Virus record (IMG/VR): IMGVR_UViG_3300023172_000016
Span: 26,914-90,913 of that record
DNA: 64,000 nucleotides
Source: a virus
Reading direction: 5' to 3' (one strand)
The position numbers and the translations under genes are program-made. Numbering within the stretch: the stretch's first letter is position 1; every line of letters begins with the position of its first letter. The notes beneath the pieces are model-generated. The model ran no database searches. It was not told the origin of the DNA and saw nothing but the letters and a program-made list of their open reading frames with translations. Positions 27,359 through 38,828 of the stretch are shown piece after piece.

Positions 27359-28290
27359 AGGATTTGTTCGATGTTTTGGTGGTAATCTAAAAGGGCTTTG
27401 TCTTTCTTTTTTACCTCAAGTTCTATATCGAAGTCAAATCCATATGTTTCGATTTTTTCGTGGATCCAATCTGAATGTGCAAGATCCTTTGCACTGGCAT
27501 CTTCAAAGAGAGCCCTGGATTCTGAAAAGTGTGTCAGTGGTGTTATTCCAGAAGGCCAAGTGTCTAAGCACACTTTAAGGGATTCAGCCTCAGTTAATCC
27601 CTCTGGAGGATTACATATGTTATGTAGATAATCAAAAGTAATTGGCACTCCAATCACATCATAAACCATCCTCTTCAGATCTACCGAAGTGTATTGAGAT
27701 TTTTTGTCATCCACTTCAACGACAAGTCTTTTCTTGACAGAATCCTCAAGTGAATGAAAATTCTCACAAAATCTTGCTGCTGCTTCTTCCTTGGTTGGTT
27801 GTGCTGTGTTAACGTGGATGTTTATTGGATAGTAATGGGTTTGTGGTAGTCCCATGAGATCCATTATCTCAGCATGCTGTCTTAATTCTTTGCTTGCATT
27901 CTGAACCACATCTTCCCTAAGTGATGCAAGAACAGAGTATGGAGACGGATGGAAAGTTAGCCTTTGGTTATTTTTAATTGCTATATGGCCTGCCTCCTTT
28001 AAGTGAAATGCAATCTGTTTAAAGTCTGGAAGTTCAACAATTTCATATTCTGAGCACCAGGGGAACATATCAGAGCTCATCCTATACATGGTGATGTTAT
28101 TATCTACGTTCCATTGTATAATCTTCTTTAGGTCTTTTACATTTTGGAGAGCAAGTTCGGAAACATATTCTAAACCTCTGTCAAGGAATGTTCTTTTTAC
28201 CATTGACCTATTAGTTGTAACCCTATCTTTCTTACTAACACCCTCACTAAGTGATAGATTTATACAACAGTATCCGAATTTTCTTGGCAT
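27343..28290 (-). CDS. uvsE: UV damage endonuclease
   Basis: FGYCC, YRMSSDMFP, RLTFHP, FDYLH, HFSES, AHSD, ELEVK. Confidence 0.9.
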   Translation of the reverse strand: MPRKFGYCCINLSLSEGVSKKDRVTTNRSMVKRTFLDRGLEYVSELALQNVKDLKKIIQWNVDNNITMYRMSSDMFPWCSEYEIVELPDFKQIAFHLKEAGHIAIKNNQRLTFHPSPYSVLASLREDVVQNASKELRQHAEIMDLMGLPQTHYYPINIHVNTAQPTKEEAAARFCENFHSLEDSVKKRLVVEVDDKKSQYTSVDLKRMVYDVIGVPITFDYLHNICNPPEGLTEAESLKVCLDTWPSGITPLTHFSESRALFEDASAKDLAHSDWIHEKIETYGFDFDIELEVKKKDKALLDYHQNIEQILCLNN

Positions 28291-28330
28291 GTGGTAAAAT
28301 TAAGTCAATGTTGTGCTTTGAAAAAATAAA

Positions 28331-30109
28331 TCAGGATAAAGTTGATAACCAAACTTTCCTAGCATCCGAAGATTTACCAAAAGCCATCTCTAGCATTGCA
28401 CTAGATTTTCTATCCTTAACTATCTTGGTTATTCTCTTGTTCTTCATTACATGATCCCAATCCTCCAGAGACAAAGACCCAAGACCTTTAAGATACCTTA
28501 CATTAGAAATTCTTTTCCCCTGCCCCTTATCCTTAAACTCCTCCAAAGAGTAGTAGTACGTTTTAGTTCTATCCCCAACGGAAACCAAAGGTGTTTCTAG
28601 AAAGCTAAGTTTCTTGTTTTCCACTATCCATGGGAACCACTTAAAGAAAAGATTGATAAGTAATGAAGTGATGTGAGCACCATCTGGATCCTGATCAGTA
28701 GCAATAACTATGTTATCATAAGGACATTTTAAATCCGGTTTTTCTGGGTCAAGATTTAATATCTGCATAAGTTCAAGGATTTCCTTATTATCGGCTAAAT
28801 CAGAAAGGCTCCTTGCATTCTTTATTTTTCCCTTAAGAGCATAGACACCATCTCTGGAAGGATTTCTTTTTTGTAGAATTGAACCCATGGCACTTAGGCC
28901 CTCAACTATAAAAAGGTTTTCTGCATTTCTAGATGTTGGTGGGAAATACTTGTGGGAGAATTTGACCCTCACGTTTTTCTTCTCCTTCCTTATCTTCTTT
29001 AAGTTAGCATCACGCTTTCTTGCTTCAACCTCTTTTTTGATCTTTTTAAATAGAGGGGTGGTGTAAAACTTTTTAAGGGACCCCGAGAATGCATTGAGAA
29101 TTATTTGTTCGACATCTTCTCTCCTCGTAACAAATTTGGTTTTATTCTGGTCCCCAAACTTAACCAAAGCTGGGGGTAAGTTTAATATTAAGCAAAAGTC
29201 GTAAAAGTGGTGTGCTAGTGAATCATCCAGGGTATCATTTATCTGGTCCATGATGATCTTCTGGTGTATCCCTGTACAAATTGCAGAGTTCATAAAAGAG
29301 AAAGATCCAGACCCTTCCGAGTTTTCCCAGATAAGAAGTTCTCCAATTTTGGTCTTGTAGGAAATTTGTTTAAATATTGAAGTGTTCACTGGAATTTCTT
29401 TTCCATCCCAAATGAACTTAATTTTAATACCCCTAGTATTAGGCTCAGTTTCTAGCACTCTCTTTTTTAGCAAAAGTTGTGAGAGGAGTATGTCCTTATT
29501 CCACTTGCAATTATCGAAGATGTTAGAAAGTGGTGTGAAACTTACCGAGGTGCCAAGTTTTTTTCTGCCCCTCTTTAGAACTTTAGCCTTTGCAGGTTTA
29601 AATTTATTCCACTCTTGGTAATAATACTCTTTGGGGCTTGTTGTCTCAATAGAAAAGAAGCTAGACATAGCATTAACAAGGCTCACACCCATGCCGTTTG
29701 TACCAATAAGCGTCTCTTCAACATTATCGTTGTCAAAGTTTGATCCTGCTCTGAGCATAGAAACTGCTGTGGCAATGTTACTAAGTCCACTTTTCTTGTT
29801 AATTGTGGACCCGTTTACGAAACCCTCCCCAGAATCTGTTATCTTTATGTTGTTTGTTTTAGAGTCAACCTCAACAGTAATAGAATCCATAGATTTCTTC
29901 ATCCTCTTCGCTTCGTCAACAGAGTTTGAAAATACCTCATCAAAAAGTTTGTACATACCTACTGAAATCTGGTATGTTGAGCTAAGGATCTTATCACGCT
30001 TAACTATTGGTAACTGCTCTTCGCTTAGCTTAACAGATCCAACATATATGGTTGGCCTTTTAAGAATGTGTTCAAAATCTGAGAGTACCTGTATGCTTTT
30101 AGTTGCCAT
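28331..30109 (-). CDS. type IIA topoisomerase subunit B (gp39+60/GyrB-like)
   Basis: EHILKRPTIYVGS, GTNGMG, VEGLSA, ATDQDPDG, RYLKGLG. Confidence 0.92.
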   Translation of the reverse strand: MATKSIQVLSDFEHILKRPTIYVGSVKLSEEQLPIVKRDKILSSTYQISVGMYKLFDEVFSNSVDEAKRMKKSMDSITVEVDSKTNNIKITDSGEGFVNGSTINKKSGLSNIATAVSMLRAGSNFDNDNVEETLIGTNGMGVSLVNAMSSFFSIETTSPKEYYYQEWNKFKPAKAKVLKRGRKKLGTSVSFTPLSNIFDNCKWNKDILLSQLLLKKRVLETEPNTRGIKIKFIWDGKEIPVNTSIFKQISYKTKIGELLIWENSEGSGSFSFMNSAICTGIHQKIIMDQINDTLDDSLAHHFYDFCLILNLPPALVKFGDQNKTKFVTRREDVEQIILNAFSGSLKKFYTTPLFKKIKKEVEARKRDANLKKIRKEKKNVRVKFSHKYFPPTSRNAENLFIVEGLSAMGSILQKRNPSRDGVYALKGKIKNARSLSDLADNKEILELMQILNLDPEKPDLKCPYDNIVIATDQDPDGAHITSLLINLFFKWFPWIVENKKLSFLETPLVSVGDRTKTYYYSLEEFKDKGQGKRISNVRYLKGLGSLSLEDWDHVMKNKRITKIVKDRKSSAMLEMAFGKSSDARKVWLSTLS

Positions 30110-30159
30110 AAAAAGAATATGATTTGAGTTTATATGGAACTTCCAAAATATAATTTCAC

Positions 30160-30184
30160 AAAAAAAGCGGGATGTACCCGCTTT
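30160..30184 (-). terminator. intrinsic terminator
   Basis: AAAGCGGG-TACAT-CCCGCTTT plus T run. Confidence 0.7.
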
Positions 30185-30204
30185 AAGATTTTTCTGTTAA
30201 TTGT

Positions 30205-30735
30205 TTATTCGCCTGCCGGCTCGTAATAAATTTCTTCTACCTTAATTGGGAGAATTTTAGCTTCATAGCCTTTGTCCTTCAAGGAAACTGGGATTCCAAT
30301 AACATAATCCTTTCCTTCAATGTTTTCAACACGGTCTACAAGAAACTCTGAATCAAAGAATATCGTTCTTTTATCACCAAATCTATTTAGGTCGAAATCA
30401 AACTCATCAGCATCAGTATCCTTTTCGATCTCCTTTCCTATGGTTGATTTATACTGTCTGGCAAGTCTTTCCCTTTCCTTAGCTATGATATCTTTAACAT
30501 AATCAGGAGCTCCTTTACCTTGTGTTGGAACTTCCGCAATGACAGTAATGCTTTCAACCTGGCCAGCATCCTTTTGTGCTAACATATCCCTCAATTGTGG
30601 AATAACTTCAGAATATTTAAGCTCCTTCTCTGGTCTTACATTCACATTCTTTCTGAATTTAGACTCGTCGTAAACTGGTGTTACCCCCTCATATAGGGAT
30701 TTGCTAAATTCTTCATATAATTTTAGATTGTTCAT
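30205..30735 (-). CDS. hypothetical protein (possible internal virion protein)
   Basis: MNNLKLYEEFSK N-terminus; GATATATA upstream. Confidence 0.65.
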   Translation of the reverse strand: MNNLKLYEEFSKSLYEGVTPVYDESKFRKNVNVRPEKELKYSEVIPQLRDMLAQKDAGQVESITVIAEVPTQGKGAPDYVKDIIAKERERLARQYKSTIGKEIEKDTDADEFDFDLNRFGDKRTIFFDSEFLVDRVENIEGKDYVIGIPVSLKDKGYEAKILPIKVEEIYYEPAGE

Positions 30736-30753
30736 TTCCAAAAATTTGTTTCT

Positions 30754-31035
30754 TTATATATCGCCTGATTCCGGATGTTTAGTAATCTTTACCTCCAAAT
30801 TATTTGTTCCTTTTATCAAACGATGCCACACCTTAGCCTTTATAAAAAACGTCCCATGACACCTTTGAGGAAGTTCATTGTCTATCTGGATTTTCCAGTC
30901 ATTTTCATTTAGGAATTCAACATTACGATCCTCCCAATCTTGATGCCATTTCAGCTCATCGTCGGGTACATCGTGTCTAAAAACCCTTAGGAATTGGTTC
31001 TTACCTAAGCGAGCTTCAGAATATGGATTTACCAC
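30754..31035 (-). CDS. small cupin-like phage protein
   Basis: LKWHQD...WKIQ...WHRLIKG. Confidence 0.55.
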   Translation of the reverse strand: MVNPYSEARLGKNQFLRVFRHDVPDDELKWHQDWEDRNVEFLNENDWKIQIDNELPQRCHGTFFIKAKVWHRLIKGTNNLEVKITKHPESGDI

Positions 31036-31586
31036 GGATTATTGGATTTAAGACCCAGGAGTTTGTGGTATCTGTGGACATTGCAAGACCAGTATCTCGG
31101 TTTCCATTTAGGTCCAGGATCTGTACATCTGTGTCTTGCTCTAAACGATTTAGAAGCCTTTGGATCATCGTTCTTTATTCTTTGGCCTGGTTGTCCAAAC
31201 CTAACCTTGACAACCTTACCCTCGCCGTTTTTTGTATAAACAGCAAACTTCCTTGTCTCACCAGGAGTTCTAAAAGGCTTGTTGATTTTTACCTTTCTAC
31301 CTTGGTATTTTTCCTCGTTAATTTCGAACGGGACGTCAAGTAAAACTTCTTCTCCCCGATATTTAGCTTTTTGTCCAGCTTCTGTACTAATAAGGAAAAT
31401 GTCATCAAGGTCAAGATCTATCTGCTCATTAATCCAAAGGTTTCTAGATTCATTTATTAAATCCAGCCAAGAATCAGATTCTATTCTATAAACACTCTCC
31501 ATTAGGGAAAGGCCCTCTTCTATATGATACCTTAGGGATTCGCTAATATTTTCAGATGTGAATGATGTAAAGCTTCTTAATTTCAT
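31029..31586 (-). CDS. hypothetical phage protein
   Basis: KFAVY...VRFG...SFRARHRC...YWSC. Confidence 0.65.
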   Translation of the reverse strand: MKLRSFTSFTSENISESLRYHIEEGLSLMESVYRIESDSWLDLINESRNLWINEQIDLDLDDIFLISTEAGQKAKYRGEEVLLDVPFEINEEKYQGRKVKINKPFRTPGETRKFAVYTKNGEGKVVKVRFGQPGQRIKNDDPKASKSFRARHRCTDPGPKWKPRYWSCNVHRYHKLLGLKSNNPW

Positions 31587-31651
31587 ATCTTATATATCGG
31601 TTTGGTATCCAACGATAGAAGCTTTTTTGGTAGGGTGTTTAATACCTTTTA

Positions 31652-32938
31652 TTATTGATTTGCAGATTCCTTTTGTTTAATCATTTCAGCTTTTTGTACA
31701 GCGGATTTCCTGAAGTAGTCTAAATTTTTTAAAATCCTGTCCTTTTCTTGGTTTGGCAGTGACGGGAAAAAGTCCATTTTTACTACCGCTTCAGTCTTTT
31801 CAAAAGCTACTTCCGGATTCCCAGTATGAAAAGCTGCAAGTGAGTATTCATCTAAAAGTCTCCATTGCCATATATCGGGCTCAACAAAAAGTATATCAGA
31901 GGTCCCCGGGTTCTTCACTGCCATATTACCGTATGTGAATGACATCACCCACCTTCCACGCTCTCTTAACTTTCTCATTGCATGGAAAACAGCCTCTAAC
32001 CTCTCCGGTCTATATTCCCAAGCTCTAGAATATGCTTGGATAACCTCATCCGGATGTCTCCCCAGCTGCTCTTTAATTTTACCAATCATGTACATTGAAT
32101 AGTATACCTCTTCTTCCCATCCACCGGCTTCAATTCTTCTTTCATAAGCGTCAATGGCTTTTAACTTTTGTCCGGAGTCACGGTAGCTTTGTGCAAGATA
32201 GAACATGTACCTTGCGTTATCTGGTTCATCTTCCAATGCTTTCTCAAGAATCTCTGCATCATTAGAGTATTTTTCTTCAAGTGAATTTGCTCTTTTTAAA
32301 GGACTAATATCAGCATCCACATGACATCTATCTGAGGGGATTTGATATTGAACCAGTTGCTCTTTTCCGGGAAGATCTAAATACTCGTGAAGAACCCCCT
32401 TATAAACCCAGTCCTGATCAGATCTCACAATCTGAGCACGGTGGTACTGAAGGTTATTTAACTTATAAAGAATTTGGTAGCAATCCACATCTTTAGTAAG
32501 TCCGTGAAATGGATTAATCGAGCTATCTGTTGCTTGAAAGGTATCATCAGCATCTATGATCCATCGATAGTCACACTTACCCTTTGCTAATTCCAAGCTC
32601 TCTGTGCGGTTTACTTCAAAGTTTACCCAGGGTCTTTCGTGTAATTCGCCCTCGATTCCGAGCTCTTCCATTGTGGAATTGATTTCATCTATTGTATTAT
32701 CAGAAGAACCTGTATCAACTATAACATAATATGAAATATAAGGAGCAACCTGGGTTAAGCACTTTCTAATAGTATCACCTTCGTCCTTGACAATCATTAC
32801 CAAACACATACTAATGCCTTGCAATGAGGTATCTACTGGTTTATTTTCCAAAGTAGGATTGGGTACTGCTTTTAGTTTAGGTGTTTTCTTTTTACTAGAA
32901 AGCTTGTTGGATTTTTTCCTCTTAGTTTTAGGTGCCAT
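31652..32938 (-). CDS. GT2 glycosyltransferase with TPR repeats
   Basis: LVMIVKDE, VDTGSSD, IDADD, GVLHE, FYLAQSYRD. Confidence 0.88.
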   Translation of the reverse strand: MAPKTKRKKSNKLSSKKKTPKLKAVPNPTLENKPVDTSLQGISMCLVMIVKDEGDTIRKCLTQVAPYISYYVIVDTGSSDNTIDEINSTMEELGIEGELHERPWVNFEVNRTESLELAKGKCDYRWIIDADDTFQATDSSINPFHGLTKDVDCYQILYKLNNLQYHRAQIVRSDQDWVYKGVLHEYLDLPGKEQLVQYQIPSDRCHVDADISPLKRANSLEEKYSNDAEILEKALEDEPDNARYMFYLAQSYRDSGQKLKAIDAYERRIEAGGWEEEVYYSMYMIGKIKEQLGRHPDEVIQAYSRAWEYRPERLEAVFHAMRKLRERGRWVMSFTYGNMAVKNPGTSDILFVEPDIWQWRLLDEYSLAAFHTGNPEVAFEKTEAVVKMDFFPSLPNQEKDRILKNLDYFRKSAVQKAEMIKQKESANQ

Positions 32939-32994
32939 AGAAACTTTTATAATGTAGTTTCTATTTATACTAGATAAACTAGAAAAATTTCACC

Positions 32995-33699
32995 TTATCC
33001 CCGGGCTAGAGAGGTTATTCTTTCTAGAATTAGCTCGTCGTTTAATGTTAACGAAAAATCACCAACAGCCTTTATGTTCTTCCCACTTTTTCTAGCAACT
33101 AGGTCTATGGTTACATAACCAGTTTCATCATCAGGAAATTCCATAGCTTTTTTTGTCTCTTTGTCACAAATTGGATCAAACGAATTTCTGCTCATTCCAG
33201 AACCATTCCAATAAACTAAGGTAAGGTTGTCAAGCTTTCCGTCTAGCACCTTCACTACCTGATTCTCCCTTAGACATTCTATCTTTAGCGTAGATCCCTT
33301 CTTTTTAAATCTTGTAGAGAAGGTTATTAAGAAATATCCCCTTCCGTGTAGTAATCCAGGAATTGTGTTATTCTTAGCAGAAAATAGGGGAAGAGAACCC
33401 TGGAATCTGTGTCTTTTAAATCTGACTCCCAACTCCATTAATGATTTCTCCATTACTGATATAAGCTTATCAACATCAGTATTTGGCAGATCAAATACAA
33501 TATGTGGTTGTTTACCACCTATAATTTTAGGGGACTTTATATTAATATCAGAGAAGTACTTCAAGTAATTTAAAAGAACTTCCCAAATGGTATCTAACTG
33601 TTCCCTTTCAGACAGGTCTACCTTTTTCCTGTGATCCAATTCAGATTGTAGCTTTGAAAGAAAATCTTCAACTACTTTTTCGTTGTGGTGGGTACTCAT
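32995..33699 (-). CDS. hypothetical protein
   Basis: 234-aa ORF. Confidence 0.65.
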   Translation of the reverse strand: MSTHHNEKVVEDFLSKLQSELDHRKKVDLSEREQLDTIWEVLLNYLKYFSDINIKSPKIIGGKQPHIVFDLPNTDVDKLISVMEKSLMELGVRFKRHRFQGSLPLFSAKNNTIPGLLHGRGYFLITFSTRFKKKGSTLKIECLRENQVVKVLDGKLDNLTLVYWNGSGMSRNSFDPICDKETKKAMEFPDDETGYVTIDLVARKSGKNIKAVGDFSLTLNDELILERITSLARG

Positions 33700-33700
33700 T

Positions 33701-34144
33701 TTAATTCTTAATTCTTTTCCAGGAGTAATCTGTATCTAACTTAAAGTGCCCGTAGCATGGGAACTTATTTCCCCACTCTTTGGGTGAGACCAAACTAGCA
33801 AAAGTTTCTCCCTTCTTATTTTCATAGAGATATATCTCAGTTCCGATATGAGCCTCAAAGGACATAGAACAATTCCATACAAGTTCATTATCCTCAAACT
33901 CTCTCAATAGATCAGAGATTTGTTCTTTTATCTCCTCAGCTCTTTTACCAAATTTATGATTGGAATGGATGGCAGCTCTTTGTTTAAAAAGAGCTAGACC
34001 AGAAACATCTATTTTTGGAGACGATACAGAAGTAGCATAAGGTTTTAGGAAAGCATCATACTTTTCAGTACTTTCATCATAAACAATGCTATCAGGAAGC
34101 TTTTTCTTTCTTTCCTCCATCTTTAGGCTTATAAGGCAAACCAA
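33701..34144 (-). CDS. DUF2452-like protein
   Basis: PYATSVSSPKI...YLYE...LVSPKEW; true start probably MEERKK. Confidence 0.6.
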   Translation of the reverse strand: MVCLISLKMEERKKKLPDSIVYDESTEKYDAFLKPYATSVSSPKIDVSGLALFKQRAAIHSNHKFGKRAEEIKEQISDLLREFEDNELVWNCSMSFEAHIGTEIYLYENKKGETFASLVSPKEWGNKFPCYGHFKLDTDYSWKRIKN

Positions 34145-34745
34145 CTTTTTTTACTAACTGCTTATATACGGTTTCAATTTTCTTAGATGCGTTTACTTCA
34201 ACGAGCTTTCTGCTTTTCTTGTATTTCTTTACCAAAGGAAGCGTTTTTTTCCTATAGTCCATAAACCTTTTGGAAATGATCTCTTCGTCCTGGTCGTCTT
34301 TTCTGCCGCTATCCTTGGATCTTTTTATGATCCTCTCCTTTGACTTAGACTCGTCAACGTCCAAGTAAATAACATGATTTAAACCCAATCCCATTTTTCC
34401 CAAAAGAGAATCAAGAAGCTTAGCTTGTTTTAAATTTCTTGGAAACCCGTCTATAACAATACCCTTTTCTAAGTCAACATTACTTAATGCTTTTCTTAAC
34501 ATCCTAGCCATTATGCGATCGGGTATGAAATCTCCTCCCTCTACTATTTTCTTAAGTTCTTTGTCATCAGAATTCCTGATAAGGGCTCCAGTAGAAATGT
34601 GGCTAAAATCATTGCGGTCAACAAGTCTTTTAGATATGGTTCCTTTGCCCGATCCAGGTGGACCCAGAATCACAAGGATTTCCCCTTGCTTATCTGGTAT
34701 TTCCCTTTCGTTTATAAAATTTTCGAAGCTTTCAACTCTTTCCAT
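34092..34745 (-). CDS. adk: adenylate kinase
   Basis: GPPGSGKGT, HISTG, DGFPRN, GRKDD. Confidence 0.9.
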   Translation of the reverse strand: MERVESFENFINEREIPDKQGEILVILGPPGSGKGTISKRLVDRNDFSHISTGALIRNSDDKELKKIVEGGDFIPDRIMARMLRKALSNVDLEKGIVIDGFPRNLKQAKLLDSLLGKMGLGLNHVIYLDVDESKSKERIIKRSKDSGRKDDQDEEIISKRFMDYRKKTLPLVKKYKKSRKLVEVNASKKIETVYKQLVKKVGLPYKPKDGGKKEKAS

Positions 34746-34762
34746 TTTAATTGTTGATTTTT

Positions 34763-37237
34763 TTAAGATCCACAAGACAAGCAGTCATCAGGATTATCCA
34801 AGCTACATGATAAATCATCCATAGTTTGATCGGCTAATGCTTTTAATTCCTCGCTAGCTTGCTTGACTGGTTGCTCGACTACTTTAGGTTGTATCAATTG
34901 GACTTGTTCTGGTTTTTCCTTATACTTGCTTGTATCTATACCAAGACCGGAAAGAGCATCTACTGCAGCTTTAGTCCTTAAGTAATACATACCAGTTTTA
35001 AGACCCATCTTCCAAGAATGGAAGTGAGCAGCAGTTAGCTTGGCAGCATTTACACCTTCAATAAATAAATTGAGAGACTGAGATTGACAAATAAACTTAC
35101 CCCTATCTGCAGACATCTCAATTAAATCCTTCTGCTTGATCTCCCAAACAGTTTTGTAAATCTCCTTAATATCATCAGGTATGTTTGGTATATTTTGGAT
35201 TGATCCTTTATGGATAATAATCATGTTCTTCATGTCCTCATCCCAAAGTTCTAGGGAGATAAGATCTTTCACAAGATGCTTATTAATAATGACAAACTCA
35301 CCGCTTAGAGTTCTCCTAGTATAGATGTTGGAAGTAAACGGTTCAAACGCCTCGTTGTTGCCCATTATCTGTGCGGTAGATGCGGTAGGCATAGGAGCTA
35401 AAAGCAACGAGTTTCTAACACCATGCTTCATTACTTCTTTTCTTAGCTTTTTCCAATCCCATCTTCCAGAAAGATCCTCGTCATTAACCTGCCATAGATT
35501 AAACTGGAATTTACCTTCACTTAAAGGAGATCCCTCAAATGTTTCATAAGCACCAAATTTCTTAGCAAGATCCTTAGATGCAGTCATAGCTGCAAAATAG
35601 ATAGTTTCAAATATTTCAGAATTTGTTTTCCTAGCCTCCTCCGAAGTAAAAGGAATCCCCATAGATGCAAAAAGATCAGCAAGACCCTGGATACCTATAC
35701 CAATGGGTCTGTGCCTCATGTTGGATCTCTTTGTTTCTGGTGTAGGGTAGAAGTTAACGTCTATCACTTTATTCAAATTGATAGCTGTTTGGTAAGATAC
35801 ATCGTAAAGATAGTCATGGTCAACATCACATTTACCCCTCATGATCTTATTGGTCCTTGCGTCAGTTGATTTCAGGAACTTATTTACAGGGATTGAAGCA
35901 AGGTTACAAACTGCTTGTTCATCCTTATCTGTATATTCTATAATCTCACAACAAAGATTAGATGATTTAATAGTACCTAAATTTTGCTGGTTTGATTTTC
36001 TATTAGCAGAATCTTTGTAAAGAATGTAAGGTGTTCCAGTTTCAATTTGGGATTCTATAATCTTTCCCCAAAGTTCTCTAGCTTTAATTGTTTTCCTGGC
36101 CTTACCAGCTTTTTCCGCTGCAATATATTGCTCGTTAAATTCGTTCCCATAAACTTCATGTAGTCCAGGTACCTCTGAAGGAGAGAACAAAGACCACATT
36201 TCGTCTTTTTCCACCCTTTCCATGAATAGATCAGAAACCCACAAGGCTAAGAATAAATCTCTGGCTCTTCTTTCTTCCTTACCTGTATTTTTCCTTAGGT
36301 CCAGGAAATCTTCAACATCTGCATGCCATGGCTCTAGGTAGATAGCGAAAGATCCTTTTCTCTTACCACCACCTTGATCCACGTACCTGGCAGTCTCATT
36401 GTACACCTTAAGCATCGGAACAATACCGTTTGACTTACCGTTTGTTCCCCTGATGTAGGATCCTGTAGATCTAACATTATGAATTGCTAACCCAATACCA
36501 CCAGCATTTTGTGAGATCATGGCAACATCGGAAAGCGTTTTATAAATACCAGGAATTGAATCTTCCTGAACAGTCAAAAGGAAGCAAGAGGAAAGCTGTG
36601 GCTTCTTGGTCCCAGAATTGAAAAGCGTTGGTGTTGCATGTGTCATCATATGTGTAGAGAGAAGCTCATATGTTTTGAGGGCGTTCTTAATATCGTATCC
36701 CCAAATACCAACTGCAACACGCATGTACATGTGTTGTGGTGTTTCAGAAGGAATGCCATGCATTTTTAAGAGATAACTCTTTTCAAGGGTTTTGAATCCA
36801 AAGTATTCGAAGTTAAAATCACGGTCATGAATAATAGCGGAATCCAGCTTGGTCTTATTTTTCATTACCGCTTGATAGGTATCCTCGCCTATTAGACCAG
36901 CTGGTTTCCCAGTTTCTGGATCTACATAGGAATATAGATCCTCGATGGTCTCTGAGAATTTCTTCTTGGTAGATTTATGCAATCTTGAGATTGCGATCCT
37001 TGCAGCAAGAATTGAATAGTCAGGATGGCTTGGTATCATAGATGCAGCAGTCTCTGCAGCTAGATTATCGAGCTCCCCAGTTGAAATCCCATCATAAATA
37101 CCCGCGATGACCTTTTGAGAAATTCCCATCCAATCAACAAAATCGTTGTTCAGTCCATAGGTCATCTTTTTAACACGGTTGGAGATCTTGTCAAATCTAA
37201 CCGCTTCTTTGGTTCCGTCTCTCTTAGTTACGTACAT
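34763..37237 (-). CDS. nrdA: ribonucleotide reductase class Ia, alpha subunit
   Basis: ATP cone [21 protein letters not shown]-terminal CxxC. Confidence 0.97.
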   Translation of the reverse strand: MYVTKRDGTKEAVRFDKISNRVKKMTYGLNNDFVDWMGISQKVIAGIYDGISTGELDNLAAETAASMIPSHPDYSILAARIAISRLHKSTKKKFSETIEDLYSYVDPETGKPAGLIGEDTYQAVMKNKTKLDSAIIHDRDFNFEYFGFKTLEKSYLLKMHGIPSETPQHMYMRVAVGIWGYDIKNALKTYELLSTHMMTHATPTLFNSGTKKPQLSSCFLLTVQEDSIPGIYKTLSDVAMISQNAGGIGLAIHNVRSTGSYIRGTNGKSNGIVPMLKVYNETARYVDQGGGKRKGSFAIYLEPWHADVEDFLDLRKNTGKEERRARDLFLALWVSDLFMERVEKDEMWSLFSPSEVPGLHEVYGNEFNEQYIAAEKAGKARKTIKARELWGKIIESQIETGTPYILYKDSANRKSNQQNLGTIKSSNLCCEIIEYTDKDEQAVCNLASIPVNKFLKSTDARTNKIMRGKCDVDHDYLYDVSYQTAINLNKVIDVNFYPTPETKRSNMRHRPIGIGIQGLADLFASMGIPFTSEEARKTNSEIFETIYFAAMTASKDLAKKFGAYETFEGSPLSEGKFQFNLWQVNDEDLSGRWDWKKLRKEVMKHGVRNSLLLAPMPTASTAQIMGNNEAFEPFTSNIYTRRTLSGEFVIINKHLVKDLISLELWDEDMKNMIIIHKGSIQNIPNIPDDIKEIYKTVWEIKQKDLIEMSADRGKFICQSQSLNLFIEGVNAAKLTAAHFHSWKMGLKTGMYYLRTKAAVDALSGLGIDTSKYKEKPEQVQLIQPKVVEQPVKQASEELKALADQTMDDLSCSLDNPDDCLSCGS

Positions 37238-37254
37238 GTCTTAGTGTTGTTTTT

Positions 37255-38238
37255 TTAGAAGTCTACGTCCATATCGAACGTGTTTTCGGAGGAATTCATC
37301 ACTCCAGCTTTTTGGTATTCACCAACCCTCTTCTCAAAGAAGTTTGTCTTTCCCTGTAATGAAATGTTTGCCATGAAATCGAATGGATTTTCTACGTTGA
37401 AAACTTTAGAACATCCTAGATCGACAAGCAATCTGTCTGCTACAAATTCAAGGTACTGCTTCATTAGATCAGCATTCATTCCAATCAGCTTAACTGGAAG
37501 TGACTCTGTAATGAATTCCTTTTCAATCTCAAGAGCACTAAGGATAATTTCCTTAATCCTTTCCTCTGAAACCTTGTTAGCAAGGTAATTGTTATGCAAA
37601 AGAACTGCAAAATCACAGTGCATTCCCTCATCCCTAGAAATCAATTCGTTTGAGAAGCTTAATCCGGGCATAAGACCTCTCTTCTTTAGCCAGAATATAG
37701 AACAGAATGATCCGGAAAAGAAGATACCCTCAACAGCAGCAAAAGCAACTAATCTTTCCTGAAAATGTTCAGACTCTACCCATTTCAAAGCCCAATCTGC
37801 TTTCTTCTTAACGGCAGGAATGGTATCGATTGCATTGAAAAGCTTTTTCTTTTCCTGTGGATCTGTGATATAGGTGTCAATCAGAAGTGAATATGTTTCA
37901 GAATGGATGTTTTCCATCATAATCTGAAACCCGTAGAAAAATTTTGCCTCAGAATATTGTACCTCTCTTACAAAATTCTCAGCCAGATTCTCATTTACGA
38001 TACCATCAGATGCAGCAAAGAAAGCAAGAACGTGCTTAATAAAATGTCTTTCGTTATCATTAAGTTTGTTCCTCCAGTCGTCAATATCTGCAGACAAATC
38101 AATTTCTTCTGCTGTCCAGATACACGCTTGTTGCTTTTTGTACATCTCCCAAATCTCCTGCTGTTCAATCGGGAAAATAACAAACCTGTTTGGGTTCTCT
38201 TGCAAAATCGGTTCCGGTAGCGAATAGTTCTCCTTCAT
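37255..38238 (-). CDS. nrdB: ribonucleotide reductase class Ia, beta subunit
   Basis: [32 protein letters not shown]. Confidence 0.97.
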   Translation of the reverse strand: MKENYSLPEPILQENPNRFVIFPIEQQEIWEMYKKQQACIWTAEEIDLSADIDDWRNKLNDNERHFIKHVLAFFAASDGIVNENLAENFVREVQYSEAKFFYGFQIMMENIHSETYSLLIDTYITDPQEKKKLFNAIDTIPAVKKKADWALKWVESEHFQERLVAFAAVEGIFFSGSFCSIFWLKKRGLMPGLSFSNELISRDEGMHCDFAVLLHNNYLANKVSEERIKEIILSALEIEKEFITESLPVKLIGMNADLMKQYLEFVADRLLVDLGCSKVFNVENPFDFMANISLQGKTNFFEKRVGEYQKAGVMNSSENTFDMDVDF

Positions 38239-38263
38239 AATTTAATACTTTCTTTTTTTTAGT

Positions 38264-38731
38264 TTAGTAATTGTTTGCCTGTCTTCGGCGGTTTTCCTCG
38301 TTCTTACTCATGTACATATTGTACATTTCCTCGGCTGTCATCCCTATTGAGGCGGCGTAGTTCATGAAAAAATGTAGCATATCTATAATCTCAAATTTGC
38401 ATTCTACCTTATCAGATTCCGAAAGGTCAGAAAATTTCAAATCGGAATATGTTGAGTACGCACTCTTCCATTTTTTCCATATTGCATTTCCACTACCATC
38501 TTTAATTCCACCTAAAGCATCAGTAGCTTCGTGGATCTCATCAATGAGAGCGTGATTGTTCATGTGCCAGAATTCCATGAGTTCTCTCAAAGACATTTCT
38601 TTGAAGTTGTACCCATACACATTTTCTTGCGTTTCTGCCTGGAGATTTAAGATGTCGCCTAGAGTATCTTTAGATTCGGGATAAAGATTTTCAATCTGTA
38701 GGTCCGAACATTGATTGTCGATATTTGCCAT
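38264..38731 (-). CDS. dimeric all-alpha dUTPase/dCTPase (gp56-like)
   Basis: DEIHE, WKKWK, FEIIDMLHF, KNEENRRRQ. Confidence 0.8.
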   Translation of the reverse strand: MANIDNQCSDLQIENLYPESKDTLGDILNLQAETQENVYGYNFKEMSLRELMEFWHMNNHALIDEIHEATDALGGIKDGSGNAIWKKWKSAYSTYSDLKFSDLSESDKVECKFEIIDMLHFFMNYAASIGMTAEEMYNMYMSKNEENRRRQANNY

Positions 38732-38828
38732 ATTTCTTTGTTAGAATAGTTTTTTAAAAGTCCCTTCCCGATTCTAGGTTTTTTATATATCAAGTGGGTC
38801 CCTAGAGTGCGGTAATTTTAGGAAAATT

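Noticed and set aside
34763-38238. Introns, inteins or homing endonucleases in nrdA/nrdB
   Set aside because: Both ORFs are continuous and of normal length.
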